Below, piece by piece: positions 1 to 7,382 of a DNA stretch of 60,960 nt. The stretch comes from an uncultured Candidatus Saccharibacteria bacterium (GTDB lineage: Bacteria; Patescibacteriota; Minisyncoccia; Minisyncoccales; CG1-02-41-26), in NCBI GenBank assembly GCA_964348225.1, contig CAYGBM010000025.1, positions 1-60,960 on the forward strand, written 5' to 3'. Numbering within the stretch: position 1 is the stretch's first letter; each line of letters starts with the position of its first letter. The notes beneath the pieces were generated by a model. It saw only the letters and a list, made by a program, of their open reading frames with translations, was not told the origin of the DNA and searched no databases. Both the position numbers and the translations under genes were made by a program.

Positions 1-81
1 CAAGCGTTGTCGCATAGACGGAGCCAGTTACTCACTAATATAACCGAAACAAGCAATTTCCCCCTTCAAGAGAGGGGATTT
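1..81 (+). repeat. Cassette-boundary element copy A (long form; left part cut by window edge)
   Basis: Core GTTGTCGCATAGACGGAGCCAG at 6-27, 26-nt block at 27-52, hairpin at 59-78. Nearly identical to the copy at 6018-6136. Confidence 0.85.
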
Positions 82-82
82 A

Positions 83-91
83 TGATAGAAT
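83..91 (+). promoter_or_regulatory. Extended -10 promoter (TGaTAGAAT), ATG 7 nt downstream
   Basis: TG at 83-84, TAGAAT at 86-91, start codon at 98. This geometry predicts a leaderless mRNA. Confidence 0.5.
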
Positions 92-97
92 AAAATA

Positions 98-925
98 ATG
101 AAACCAACAATCTTTTTAATCGGTCAAAATATAAATATATATTCTGGTGACGGAAAACATCAGTTTGCGAGAACAGGTGAGATGGGTTTTTACCATCTAA
201 AGAAAGCTGGAGCAACAGGTGTGATTTTAGGGCATTCAGAAGTAAAGGATGAACCAGAAGTAGTTAATAAAAAATGGAAATCAGCTTTAGAATATAATTT
301 ATTTGATAACGTTGTTTTAGTAGGAGGAGATTGGGAAGATTTAGAAAAAGGATGGGATAAGAGCAATGAGCAAGAAATAAAAGGAATGAAAAATAAGTTC
401 AAAGACAAACTCCTAACCATATTGAGTAGCATAGATAAAGAAGCCATTGAAAAAACAGTTTTTGGCTATGAACCAAGCTGGGGAACAAGAGGAAGTGGCA
501 AAGAAGATGTTTTACCGCCTCAACCACCACAGATAGAGAATATGTGTTCGTTTATGAGAGAAATAATAGAAAAAGAGTATGGCAAAGACATATCAAGGGA
601 TATAAGGATTATTTACGGAGGCAGTTCTTCTCCTGAAAGAACAGAAGAGATTATGCCTTCAGATAATGTTGATGGTTTGATTTTAGGTTCAGCTGGTAAA
701 ACAGTGGATTGGGCTCAAAAAATAGGAGAAGGAATACAAAAAGCTATGAGAGTCAAACAATCAGTTAGGAAGGGAGTATTAGTATTTAACTGGAAGGCGT
801 ACGAATTAGAAGAGCCATATGCAGATTTCTTAAAAGTTATAAATAGTTTTGACAGTAATCTTATTGAGATTTATCTGGCTCCCATAGCAACAGAATTGCT
901 GGAGGTAAAGAATTTGTTGACGTAA
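98..925 (+). CDS. Triosephosphate-isomerase-like protein, apparently circularly permuted
   Basis: TIM motifs appear out of order: GQN..TGE..GHSE, then YEPSWGTRGSG, then IIYGGS, and the normally N-terminal FNWK...APIA segment sits at the C-terminus. Confidence 0.6.
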   Translation: MKPTIFLIGQNINIYSGDGKHQFARTGEMGFYHLKKAGATGVILGHSEVKDEPEVVNKKWKSALEYNLFDNVVLVGGDWEDLEKGWDKSNEQEIKGMKNKFKDKLLTILSSIDKEAIEKTVFGYEPSWGTRGSGKEDVLPPQPPQIENMCSFMREIIEKEYGKDISRDIRIIYGGSSSPERTEEIMPSDNVDGLILGSAGKTVDWAQKIGEGIQKAMRVKQSVRKGVLVFNWKAYELEEPYADFLKVINSFDSNLIEIYLAPIATELLEVKNLLT

Positions 926-987
926 CGTTATAGCATAGACGGAATCAGCAATTTCCCCTTTCAAGAGAGGGGATTTTGTTTTGTTTT
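924..987 (+). repeat. Cassette-boundary element copy B (short form)
   Basis: AACGTTATAGCATAGACGGAATCAGCAATTTCCCCTTTCAAGAGAGGGGATTTTGTTTTGTTTT. It starts inside the stop codon of the upstream ORF and lacks the 26-27 nt block. Confidence 0.85.
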
Positions 988-1103
988 GCCTGCCGAAGCC
1001 TTGGCGAAGGTAGGGGGTTGATTTTTAGTGGTTTTTGTTTAAGATGGTTTTAGCTATACGAGTGAGTTCTATGTGGTCATTTTGAGAGAAAGGAGAGGTA
1101 ATT

Positions 1104-1814
1104 ATGGACGAGCTAAAGGACAAAATTATCGTGGCTTTGGATGTTGACACTGAAGAGGAAGTTAAAGCTCTTGTAGAGACGCTTGGCTCCCAGGTCGGAT
1201 GTTTCAAGATCGGTTTGCAGTTAATTACTTCCATAGGGCCACCTCGAGCTATACAACTTGTCAAAGATTGCGGCGGAGAGGTGTTTTTCGATGGTAAGTT
1301 TGATGATATTCCCAATACTGTCGGCAATGCCTCCAGAGTGCTTGCAGAATTCGGTGTCAAGATGTTCAATGTCCATGCTTCTTGTGGTATTGCGGCTATG
1401 ATGGAGGCGGTCGATAACAAAGGGAATGCACTGGTTCTCGCCGTCACCGTACTGACTTCTCTTGAGGAGAATAATGCCCATTTGATATTCGGAAAGCCAA
1501 GTAAGGCAGCAGTGTTGCAGTTTGCCAGAGATGCCAAGAACGCTGGTATGGACGGGGTTATCTGCTCACCTCAAGAACTGGAACTTCTGGGTCAGCAGCC
1601 AGACCTTAAAGACTTCTTGAAGGTGACTCCTGGCGTAAGGCCCGTGTGGGCTGCCACAGGGGATCAGAGGCGGACAATGACACCTGGCGAAGCAATGAAG
1701 GCTGGAGCGACTGCACTCGTGATAGGACGTCCTGTCAGACAACCCCCAGAGGAAATTGGTGGCCCAGTGGAGGCCGTCAAACGTATACTTGATGAAATAG
1801 CAGGATACGTATAG
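1104..1814 (+). CDS. pyrF: Orotidine-5'-phosphate decarboxylase
   Basis: Motifs IVALD, KIG, DGKFDDIPNT, VTPGVRP, GDQRRTMTPGEA and LVIGRPV. A strong SD (AAAGGAGAGG) lies upstream. The gene is visibly more GC-rich than its neighbours. Confidence 0.9.
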   Translation: MDELKDKIIVALDVDTEEEVKALVETLGSQVGCFKIGLQLITSIGPPRAIQLVKDCGGEVFFDGKFDDIPNTVGNASRVLAEFGVKMFNVHASCGIAAMMEAVDNKGNALVLAVTVLTSLEENNAHLIFGKPSKAAVLQFARDAKNAGMDGVICSPQELELLGQQPDLKDFLKVTPGVRPVWAATGDQRRTMTPGEAMKAGATALVIGRPVRQPPEEIGGPVEAVKRILDEIAGYV

Positions 1815-1868
1815 CAACAATGCAATACGTTTTGCGTATCAATAACCCACTTAGGACTCATGATTCAT

Positions 1869-1904
1869 AAAGCTTGCTTAGTAAAGTATGAAAGGCAAGC
1901 TTTT
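1869..1904 (+). terminator. Intrinsic terminator after pyrF
   Basis: AAAGCTTGC / GCAAGCTTT 9-bp stem followed by TTTT. Confidence 0.7.
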
Positions 1905-1920
1905 CAATTATTCTGCCAAT

Positions 1921-2087
1921 AAACAGGTTCTCCTCCTTCGATAAATCTATCCGTCGCTACTACGTAGCTATGAAATAGCGTAGTATAGCTTCGGAAGGAC
2001 GCAGTAACGTGGTTGTATAGACGGAGCCAGTTAGTCGCTTATTATAACCACAACAAGCAATCTCTCCTTTCAAGAGAGGGGATTTTT
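1921..2087 (+). repeat. Cassette-boundary element copy C (long form with extra 82-nt palindromic insert)
   Basis: AAACAG, then an 82-nt imperfect palindrome (1927-2008), then GTGGTTGTATAGACGGAGCCAG, the 27-nt block, a hairpin and a T-run. Confidence 0.8.
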
Positions 2088-2124
2088 TAGAAAGTATAGT
2101 GAGTAGCAGGGCGGGGTAAATTTA

Positions 2125-2133
2125 TGGTATACT
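2125..2133 (+). promoter_or_regulatory. Extended -10 promoter (TGgTATACT), ATG 7 nt downstream
   Basis: TATACT at 2128-2133 and start codon at 2140. No SD is present. Confidence 0.5.
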
Positions 2134-2139
2134 GGGACA

Positions 2140-2505
2140 ATGAGAACTCAAACCAAAAACTTTGTTGAGGTTTGTATCTACGAGGTCAAGCCAGAAAAGA
2201 CTGAAGAGTTTGAACAATTAGTAGACAGAGTTGCAAAACACCACAAAAACTTTAGGGGTGTTATTGATGTTAAATATATCAAAAGAACCCACAGACCGGT
2301 TGATTTTGGAGGAGCAACAAAAGGAAAGCCCGCAATAAAGCTAACAAAGAAGCCTCAAAGCATAACCTATATTCTTTATTGGGAGCTTAAAGACGAGAAA
2401 GTTCATGCTAAAGCTACTAAGGCAGGGCTTGAGAGATTTTTTAAAGAATTTAGAAGATGCTTGATAAAACCACCGAAGATAATTTTAGGCGAAAGAATCC
2501 AATAA
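2140..2505 (+). CDS. Small hypothetical protein, possibly ABM/Dabb-like alpha+beta barrel
   Basis: 121-aa ORF between boundary elements. It weakly resembles antibiotic-biosynthesis-monooxygenase-type domains (VCIYEVKPEK..EEFEQL..; ..LYWELKDEKVH). Confidence 0.35.
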   Translation: MRTQTKNFVEVCIYEVKPEKTEEFEQLVDRVAKHHKNFRGVIDVKYIKRTHRPVDFGGATKGKPAIKLTKKPQSITYILYWELKDEKVHAKATKAGLERFFKEFRRCLIKPPKIILGERIQ

Positions 2506-2540
2506 ACAGGTTCAAAAAATCGCCAAGAAGGCGGTTTTTG
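2504..2540 (+). repeat. Minimal boundary variant (AAACAGGTT motif plus simple terminator)
   Basis: AAACAGGTTC overlaps the stop codon at 2503-2505. It is followed by a CGCC/GGCG hairpin and TTTTT. The conserved core is absent. Confidence 0.5.
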
Positions 2541-2565
2541 TGTTAAAATAGAACAGACAAACAAT

Positions 2566-3330
2566 ATGGAAAAAGTGTATTTCAAGAATTCAAAAGGAGA
2601 TAATCTGTGTGGGGTATTATCAAATCCAACCTCAAGCAAAGAGAAAGCAATTATAATAGTTTGTCACGGATTTAGCACCAGCAAAGACAGTCGGACATAT
2701 AAAAGATTAGAAGAAACTTTAAATAGCCATCAGATGTCAACCTTTCGCTTTGATTTTTTTGGTCACGGAGAGAGCGAGGGGAGGTTTGAAGATATAACAA
2801 TTTCGGAAGCAGTTGATGATATTTTAAATGCCATTTCCTTTTTAAAGAACAAAGGTTATTCCAAAATTGGTCTTTTCGGTTCAAGTTTTGGAGGTATTGC
2901 CAGCATCATAACAGCTTCAAAAACAAATGATTTGTTTATTCTTGCTTTAAAATCTCCAGTATCAAACTATCAAGAAAGAGATTTAGCAGTGAAGACGAAG
3001 GAAGAATTGAAAGATTGGAAAGAAAAGGGTTATAAATACTATGTTAGTGGAGACGGCAGAAGATTGAAACTAAATTATACCTTTTTTGAAGATTTTGAAA
3101 ATAATAATGGCTATGAAGCTGCAAAGGAAATAAAGATACCGACTTTAATAGTTCACGGAGACAAAGATGAATCTGTGCCAATTGAACAGAGCAAAAAAAC
3201 AGCAAATTTAATTGAAGATTGCAAGTTAGAGGTTGTTAAAGGGGCAGACCATAGATATTCCAATCCTAAAGATTTTGAGAAGATGTTAAGTTTAATTTCT
3301 GGTTTTTTATTAGAAAATCAGAATAGGTGA
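2566..3330 (+). CDS. Alpha/beta-fold hydrolase
   Basis: HGF oxyanion region, GHGESEG, nucleophile elbow GSSFGG, then HGDKDESVP and ADH (Ser-Asp-His order). Confidence 0.8.
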   Translation: MEKVYFKNSKGDNLCGVLSNPTSSKEKAIIIVCHGFSTSKDSRTYKRLEETLNSHQMSTFRFDFFGHGESEGRFEDITISEAVDDILNAISFLKNKGYSKIGLFGSSFGGIASIITASKTNDLFILALKSPVSNYQERDLAVKTKEELKDWKEKGYKYYVSGDGRRLKLNYTFFEDFENNNGYEAAKEIKIPTLIVHGDKDESVPIEQSKKTANLIEDCKLEVVKGADHRYSNPKDFEKMLSLISGFLLENQNR

Positions 3331-3357
3331 TATTCTAAATCACAACCCCTACTGTAA

Positions 3358-3453
3358 GACAGCCCCTAACGTTGTCGTATAGACGGAGCCACTTAGTCCC
3401 TTATTATAACCGCAACAAGCAATTTCCCTTTTCAAGAGAGGGGATTTTGTTTT
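3358..3453 (+). repeat. Cassette-boundary element copy D (long form)
   Basis: GACAGCCCCTAACGTTGTCGTATAGACGGAGCCACTTAGTCCCTTATTATAACCGCAACAAGCAATTTCCCTTTTCAAGAGAGGGGATTTTGTTTT. Confidence 0.85.
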
Positions 3454-3512
3454 GGGTATTAAATTCAATGCGTTTTGTTTGACCGTCAATAAGGGGCGTA
3501 TTATGATGTAAT

Positions 3513-4307
3513 ATGGAGCCTAAAATAGATTATATAACCGGAGATAACTTTGGTGAGTATTGGATTGTTGTGGCAGAGTTTTATCACGGTAAGTTTATGT
3601 CACCACGTTATCCAGACTTGCTGATGCAATTTCTTAAGCGACTTGGCGTTAAGAAAGTTCTTGACGCTGCCTGTGGTATTGGAGAGCCAAGTTTGGATGT
3701 TGTTGAAAAAGGATTTCCTCTTAGCTTAAGTGATGGCGATGCATCAATGTTAGGTGTTTGCCAAGCTCGTGCCAAGGAAAGAGGACTTGATATTCCTATA
3801 TTCCATTCAAAATGGATTGACTTGCCCAAGAAGACAAAAGAGATTTATGATGCTGTTTTATGTCTTGATAGTTCAATAACCTATGTTAATACTTGGGCTC
3901 AAGGAGAGCCAGCTATCAGCATTAACAGAGCACGCTACAACATACTTGAAAGCTTGAAAGCTTTTTATGATATTCTGGCCCCTGGAGGATATGTTGTGAT
4001 TGGGCTTGCCAAGTATGCTTTTGAGGATTCGGATGAATTAATTATTGACTATGGTACTCGTTTGGTTGAGGGTGTACCTGTGCATCATATATGGAAATTG
4101 AAATGGGATTTTGCGACAAAAATCAAGTCTTTCACGCTTATATTTAAGTTTGCAGGAAAGACCCACGTGAAAGAAATGTTGGGTTATATGCTTTTGCCGA
4201 ATGAGTTAAAGACATTGCTACGTAAAGCAGGTTTTCCCGATATTTCTATTCAGGAGATTGCTCCAGGAGAGTATGACAACAACTTTGTTGCGCAGAAGCT
4301 TTTATAA
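3513..4307 (+). CDS. Class I SAM-dependent methyltransferase
   Basis: Motif I VLDAACGIGEPS, post-I acidic residue, and LAPGGYVVI. Confidence 0.7.
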   Translation: MEPKIDYITGDNFGEYWIVVAEFYHGKFMSPRYPDLLMQFLKRLGVKKVLDAACGIGEPSLDVVEKGFPLSLSDGDASMLGVCQARAKERGLDIPIFHSKWIDLPKKTKEIYDAVLCLDSSITYVNTWAQGEPAISINRARYNILESLKAFYDILAPGGYVVIGLAKYAFEDSDELIIDYGTRLVEGVPVHHIWKLKWDFATKIKSFTLIFKFAGKTHVKEMLGYMLLPNELKTLLRKAGFPDISIQEIAPGEYDNNFVAQKLL

Positions 4308-4399
4308 AATAGGTTCTAACCCTTCAATGGCTTCAGGGCGAGCATTGTCTCATAGACGGAGCCAGCAATTTCCCCTTTCAAGAGAGGGGATTTTGTTTT
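4308..4399 (+). repeat. Cassette-boundary element copy E (short form)
   Basis: AAATAGGTTCTAACCC...CATTGTCTCATAGACGGAGCCAGCAATTTCCCCTTTCAAGAGAGGGGATTTTGTTTT, directly after the stop at 4305-4307. Confidence 0.85.
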
Positions 4400-4439
4400 A
4401 GATAGGGTGGTTCAAAGGTATTGAACCATTACATCGGGA

Positions 4440-4468
4440 TTGACATGTTTAAATAGTTGGTGTAAGTT
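4440..4468 (+). promoter_or_regulatory. Sigma70-type promoter (TTGACA-17-TAAGTT)
   Basis: -35 at 4440-4445 and -10 at 4463-4468. It lies in a block homologous to 6137-6181. Confidence 0.5.
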
Positions 4469-4525
4469 ATTAATGTTGGTGTAAATTGTTAGATCGTTAA
4501 GTTGAATTAGACAAAGGAGAAAAAA

Positions 4526-4741
4526 ATGGACATTCCAAAAGATAAAGGATATCCAGCTGACAGTGTGCAGTGTGACGGTTGTGGAGGACACGGATGTCAA
4601 ACGTGTAATGATAGGGGGTGGTTAACTCCACGAGACCATCCAGCGGGACGGCGATGTATGAGGTCATCCTGCAATAAACCACTTCACCCAACAGATGTTG
4701 CTGTCTATTGTTCTAATGAGTGCGCCTCAGATGACGCATAG
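4526..4741 (+). CDS. Small Cys-rich zinc-finger protein
   Basis: CDGCGGHGCQTCNDRGW is a DnaJ-like CxxCxGxG zinc-finger motif, with further Cys pairs. SD AAGGAG lies 6 nt upstream of the ATG. Confidence 0.5.
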   Translation: MDIPKDKGYPADSVQCDGCGGHGCQTCNDRGWLTPRDHPAGRRCMRSSCNKPLHPTDVAVYCSNECASDDA

Positions 4742-4806
4742 TGTCGATTCCATTACAAGACATCATTCGTCTTGGATTTCTTGGAGCATTAATTTCTCCT
4801 TGAAAT

Positions 4807-4853
4807 GAACCTCCTCTAATCAGTTAAAGTTATTGAAGGAGGTTCTTCTTTTC
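4807..4853 (+). terminator. Intrinsic terminator
   Basis: GAACCTCCT / AGGAGGTTC 9-bp stem followed by TTCTTTTC. Confidence 0.65.
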
Positions 4854-4870
4854 TAAAAGTTCTATTTCTT

Positions 4871-4947
4871 GGCGTATAGGAGCCAGTTAGTCGGTTATTA
4901 TAACCGCAACAAGCAATTTCCCCTTTCAAGAGAGGGGATTTTGTTTT
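4871..4947 (+). repeat. Cassette-boundary element copy F (long form, core shortened by 3 nt)
   Basis: GGCGTATAGGAGCCAGTTAGTCGGTTATTATAACCGCAACAAGCAATTTCCCCTTTCAAGAGAGGGGATTTTGTTTT. It contains the perfect palindrome GGTTAT-t-ATAACC. Confidence 0.85.
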
Positions 4948-4963
4948 GCTTTCAGCGGTTTTG

Positions 4964-4972
4964 TGGTAGAAT
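4964..4972 (+). promoter_or_regulatory. Extended -10 promoter (TGgTAGAAT)
   Basis: The same TGTGGTAGAAT string recurs at 9429-9439, in both cases just downstream of a boundary element. Confidence 0.45.
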
Positions 4973-4999
4973 AGGATAATACTAAGTAACTACAAAAAC

Positions 5000-5971
5000 A
5001 TGTGGAAGTGGCTCAACAAAGGAATATCTACACCAATAGCTGTAGCTATTGTATTGATATTAGTAATCATAGTAGGTAGTTTTGCCTGGTGGCAATATGG
5101 GGAAATACGGAAGGAAAAAGATGAATTTTCTTGTAGAGATGATAATGATTGTATTTATGGATGGCGAGATAAATGTATCATGAAGTGCGTAAATAGAAAT
5201 ACTCCTAAGATGGTGCCTTGCCCCTTAATTAAACCAGCTGTCTGGTCTTCTTATATTTGGGACAATATATCTTGTGAATGCGTTAATAATAAATGTGTTG
5301 AAGACAAAGAAGCATTTTGCCAAAAAGCCTGCGAAGACTTTAGAAATGATAGAGATGAAATTGCTAAATCCGCTTTTTTAGCTGAAAGATGTGGAGATAT
5401 ATTGGAGTGCGAAGGATTAGAAAAAACAGATATATGGACGACAATATGGAAAGAGTTTTTATTAAGTTCACAAAATATTTCGGAAGATTATTTTAATAGT
5501 CATATTTCTGTTGAATCTTTTGATCTTTCAGATTGGAAGCAAGGAACTTCATTTAGAATGAACTATGATATTAACATTGACTGGGCAACTATAAGATCCT
5601 GCGACCATTTTTTAATCAAAAGAAAAGGCGAAACAGACTATCTAACAAAAGACGAAATTTATTCTATTCCGACCCATGAAGGGGGACTAAAGGATAGAGT
5701 ACTGTTGAGTAATGCTTGTGGTAACTCAAAGAAGCTGAAAGAGTTTGACAAAATAATAAGTCAGAGTGAGGTAGCACCAAAACTAAAGCAATGTCACAGC
5801 AGTATAGAATGGTCATCTGAAAAAGCAGTAATATTAACCAATGAAGGCAAGTTAGTTGTTAACGCTTACGGAACAATTGATCATGATCAAAATAAATGTA
5901 AGTTCGCCTCTCTGGATTTAGAAGCAGGAGAACTTATTGAATGTAGAGATACAACATGTTGGGTTGATTAA
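5000..5971 (+). CDS. Membrane-anchored Cys-rich protein of unknown function
   Basis: N-terminal hydrophobic helix (PIAVAIVLILVIIVGSFAWW) followed by a Cys-rich region. I recognise no family. Confidence 0.5.
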   Translation: MWKWLNKGISTPIAVAIVLILVIIVGSFAWWQYGEIRKEKDEFSCRDDNDCIYGWRDKCIMKCVNRNTPKMVPCPLIKPAVWSSYIWDNISCECVNNKCVEDKEAFCQKACEDFRNDRDEIAKSAFLAERCGDILECEGLEKTDIWTTIWKEFLLSSQNISEDYFNSHISVESFDLSDWKQGTSFRMNYDINIDWATIRSCDHFLIKRKGETDYLTKDEIYSIPTHEGGLKDRVLLSNACGNSKKLKEFDKIISQSEVAPKLKQCHSSIEWSSEKAVILTNEGKLVVNAYGTIDHDQNKCKFASLDLEAGELIECRDTTCWVD

Positions 5972-6017
5972 GGATGAAGACCAAGGGATACGTTAAGGGA
6001 ATTGTGATTAACTTACG

Positions 6018-6136
6018 AAACAGGTTCTAACCCTTCGACAGACTCAGGGCAAGCGTTGTCGCATAGACGGAGCCAGTTAATCACTATTATAACCACAACA
6101 AGCAATTTCCCTTTTCAAGAGAGGGGATTTTGTTTT
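6018..6136 (+). repeat. Cassette-boundary element copy G (long form)
   Basis: AAACAGGTTCTAACCCTTCGACAGACTCAGGGCAAGC, then the core, the 27-nt block, a hairpin and TTTTGTTTT. Confidence 0.9.
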
Positions 6137-6175
6137 AGATAGAGTAGTGCTAAGGTATTGAACCGGAACATAAGC

Positions 6176-6203
6176 TTGACAGTGATGCATGGTATGATAA
6201 TAT
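6176..6203 (+). promoter_or_regulatory. Sigma70-type promoter with extended -10 (TTGACA-16-TGaTAATAT) for the TA pair
   Basis: -35 at 6176-6181, TG at 6195-6196, -10 at 6198-6203. Confidence 0.6.
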
Positions 6204-6230
6204 AGATGTAATACAAATTATTACAAAAAT

Positions 6231-6446
6231 ATGCGAGAAGTAATTAATATATCACTACCAAAAGAGTTAAATAGGTCTGTAGAAGAAATAGTAAAAAAGG
6301 GTAACTACGCTACTAAGAGCGAGTTTTTTCGCGAACTTTTGCGCCTTTGGATTGAAGGCAAAATTCTCCGAGAGTTAGCAGAAAGTCGAAAAGAACTTGC
6401 TTCTGGCAGGGGAAAAATCCTAAGATCATTGAAGGACTTACGATAA
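6231..6446 (+). CDS. Ribbon-helix-helix (CopG-like) antitoxin
   Basis: 71 aa. ISLPKEL..VEEIVKKGNYATKSEFFRELLRLW is a typical RHH pattern. It lies directly upstream of a RelE-like ORF. Confidence 0.75.
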   Translation: MREVINISLPKELNRSVEEIVKKGNYATKSEFFRELLRLWIEGKILRELAESRKELASGRGKILRSLKDLR

Positions 6447-6464
6447 TTTCATTTTCGTATTCAA

Positions 6465-6731
6465 ATGAAAATTTTATATTCGAGCAAATTCGCTCGTGAG
6501 TATCGAAAGTTACCGTTAAGAGTTAAGAGAATTGCCGAGAAGAAAGAACAAATTTTTAGAAAGAATCCTTTTGATCCAAGACTCAAAACTCACAAGTTGA
6601 AAGGAAGCCTTAAAGGGTTTTTTTCTTTTTCTATAAATCAAAAATATCGAATTATTTTTGAATTTGCTAATTCCAATATAGCTTGGTTTCATTCCGTTGG
6701 AGAACATTCGATTTATAAATTATGGGATTAA
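6465..6731 (+). CDS. RelE/YafQ/ParE-superfamily toxin
   Basis: 88 aa. The sequence DPRLKTHKLKGSLKGFFSFSINQKYRIIFEF is typical of RelE/YafQ mRNA interferases. Confidence 0.75.
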   Translation: MKILYSSKFAREYRKLPLRVKRIAEKKEQIFRKNPFDPRLKTHKLKGSLKGFFSFSINQKYRIIFEFANSNIAWFHSVGEHSIYKLWD

Positions 6732-6769
6732 GCTTCTCTTGTAAACTGTCCATCGCTGGGCAATTTTTA

Positions 6770-6829
6770 GTTGTCGCCAAACAGGTTTACCCCGTATAAA
6801 ACTTTGTTTTTATGTGGGGCGGTTTTTTG
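6770..6829 (+). repeat. Boundary variant (GTTGTCGCC plus AAACAGGTT plus a different terminator)
   Basis: GTTGTCGCCAAACAGGTTTA, followed by the CCCCGTAT/ATGTGGGG hairpin (6790-6819) and a T-run at 6823-6828. Confidence 0.55.
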
Positions 6830-6836
6830 ATAGAAT
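6828..6836 (+). promoter_or_regulatory. Extended -10 promoter (TGaTAGAAT), ATG 7 nt downstream
   Basis: TAGAAT at 6831-6836 and start codon at 6843. Confidence 0.5.
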
Positions 6837-6842
6837 TAGTAT

Positions 6843-7382
6843 ATGAAATTGCTAAAAGAAATTAATGACTATGATGTTGGTCTTGGTCCCAAAGAGAGTT
6901 TTGAAAAGAGATACCAGATAAGAAAAGCTGGCAGAGCTGTTTTGTTTAATGGAGATAAAATATCTCTACAGTATGTAGCAAAACACAAATTTCATAAACT
7001 CCCTGGCGGAGGTATAGAAGCAGGGGAAAGCATTGAGGAAGGTCTAAAAAGAGAAGTTCAAGAAGAGGCGGGATGCGATATAAATATTGGCGACCCTATT
7101 GGAATGATAATTGAATATCGTGACGAGTTTGACCAGATTCAAATATCTTATTGCTTTTTTGCTCAAGTAGAAGGTGACATTGGCGAATCAGTTTATGATG
7201 AAGGAGAAGTTGAAGAAAATTTTAGACCAATGTGGGTTACTCTTGACGAGGCGATTGATTTAATAGAAAAAGATGACACCGACGACTACCAGGGAAAGTT
7301 TATCAAAATAAGAGATTTAACTTTATTAAAGGAAGCTAAAAGGCTCTTAGAGAGTAAAACAGCCCCTAACATTGTCGCATAG
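6843..7382 (+). CDS. NUDIX hydrolase
   Basis: Nudix box GGGIEAGESIEEGLKREVQEEAGC. Confidence 0.85.
   Translation: MKLLKEINDYDVGLGPKESFEKRYQIRKAGRAVLFNGDKISLQYVAKHKFHKLPGGGIEAGESIEEGLKREVQEEAGCDINIGDPIGMIIEYRDEFDQIQISYCFFAQVEGDIGESVYDEGEVEENFRPMWVTLDEAIDLIEKDDTDDYQGKFIKIRDLTLLKEAKRLLESKTAPNIVA

Noticed and set aside
1025-1861. Antisense or overlapping ORFs shadowing long genes (for example 1025-1537, 1221-1481 and 1566-1820 minus strand; also 11237-11554, 14623-14937, 20304-20633, 36167-36577, 39415-39765, 53919-54384)
   Set aside because: Each lies entirely within a gene that has strong family motifs in another frame or on the other strand, and none has motifs of its own.
4526-4741. The Zn-finger ORF as a fragment or pseudogene of DnaJ
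   Set aside because: Only one CxxCxGxG unit is present, with no J-domain or C-terminal domain sequence in the flanks. It has its own SD, promoter and terminator, so it looks like an intact small gene.
6023-6033. GGTTCTAACCC (also at 4312-4322) resembles a tRNA T-arm/T-loop (GGTTCnAnnCC), hinting at a tRNA fragment or att site
   Set aside because: I could not find an acceptor stem, an anticodon arm or a 3' CCA context around either copy. The match is too short to support a tRNA remnant.
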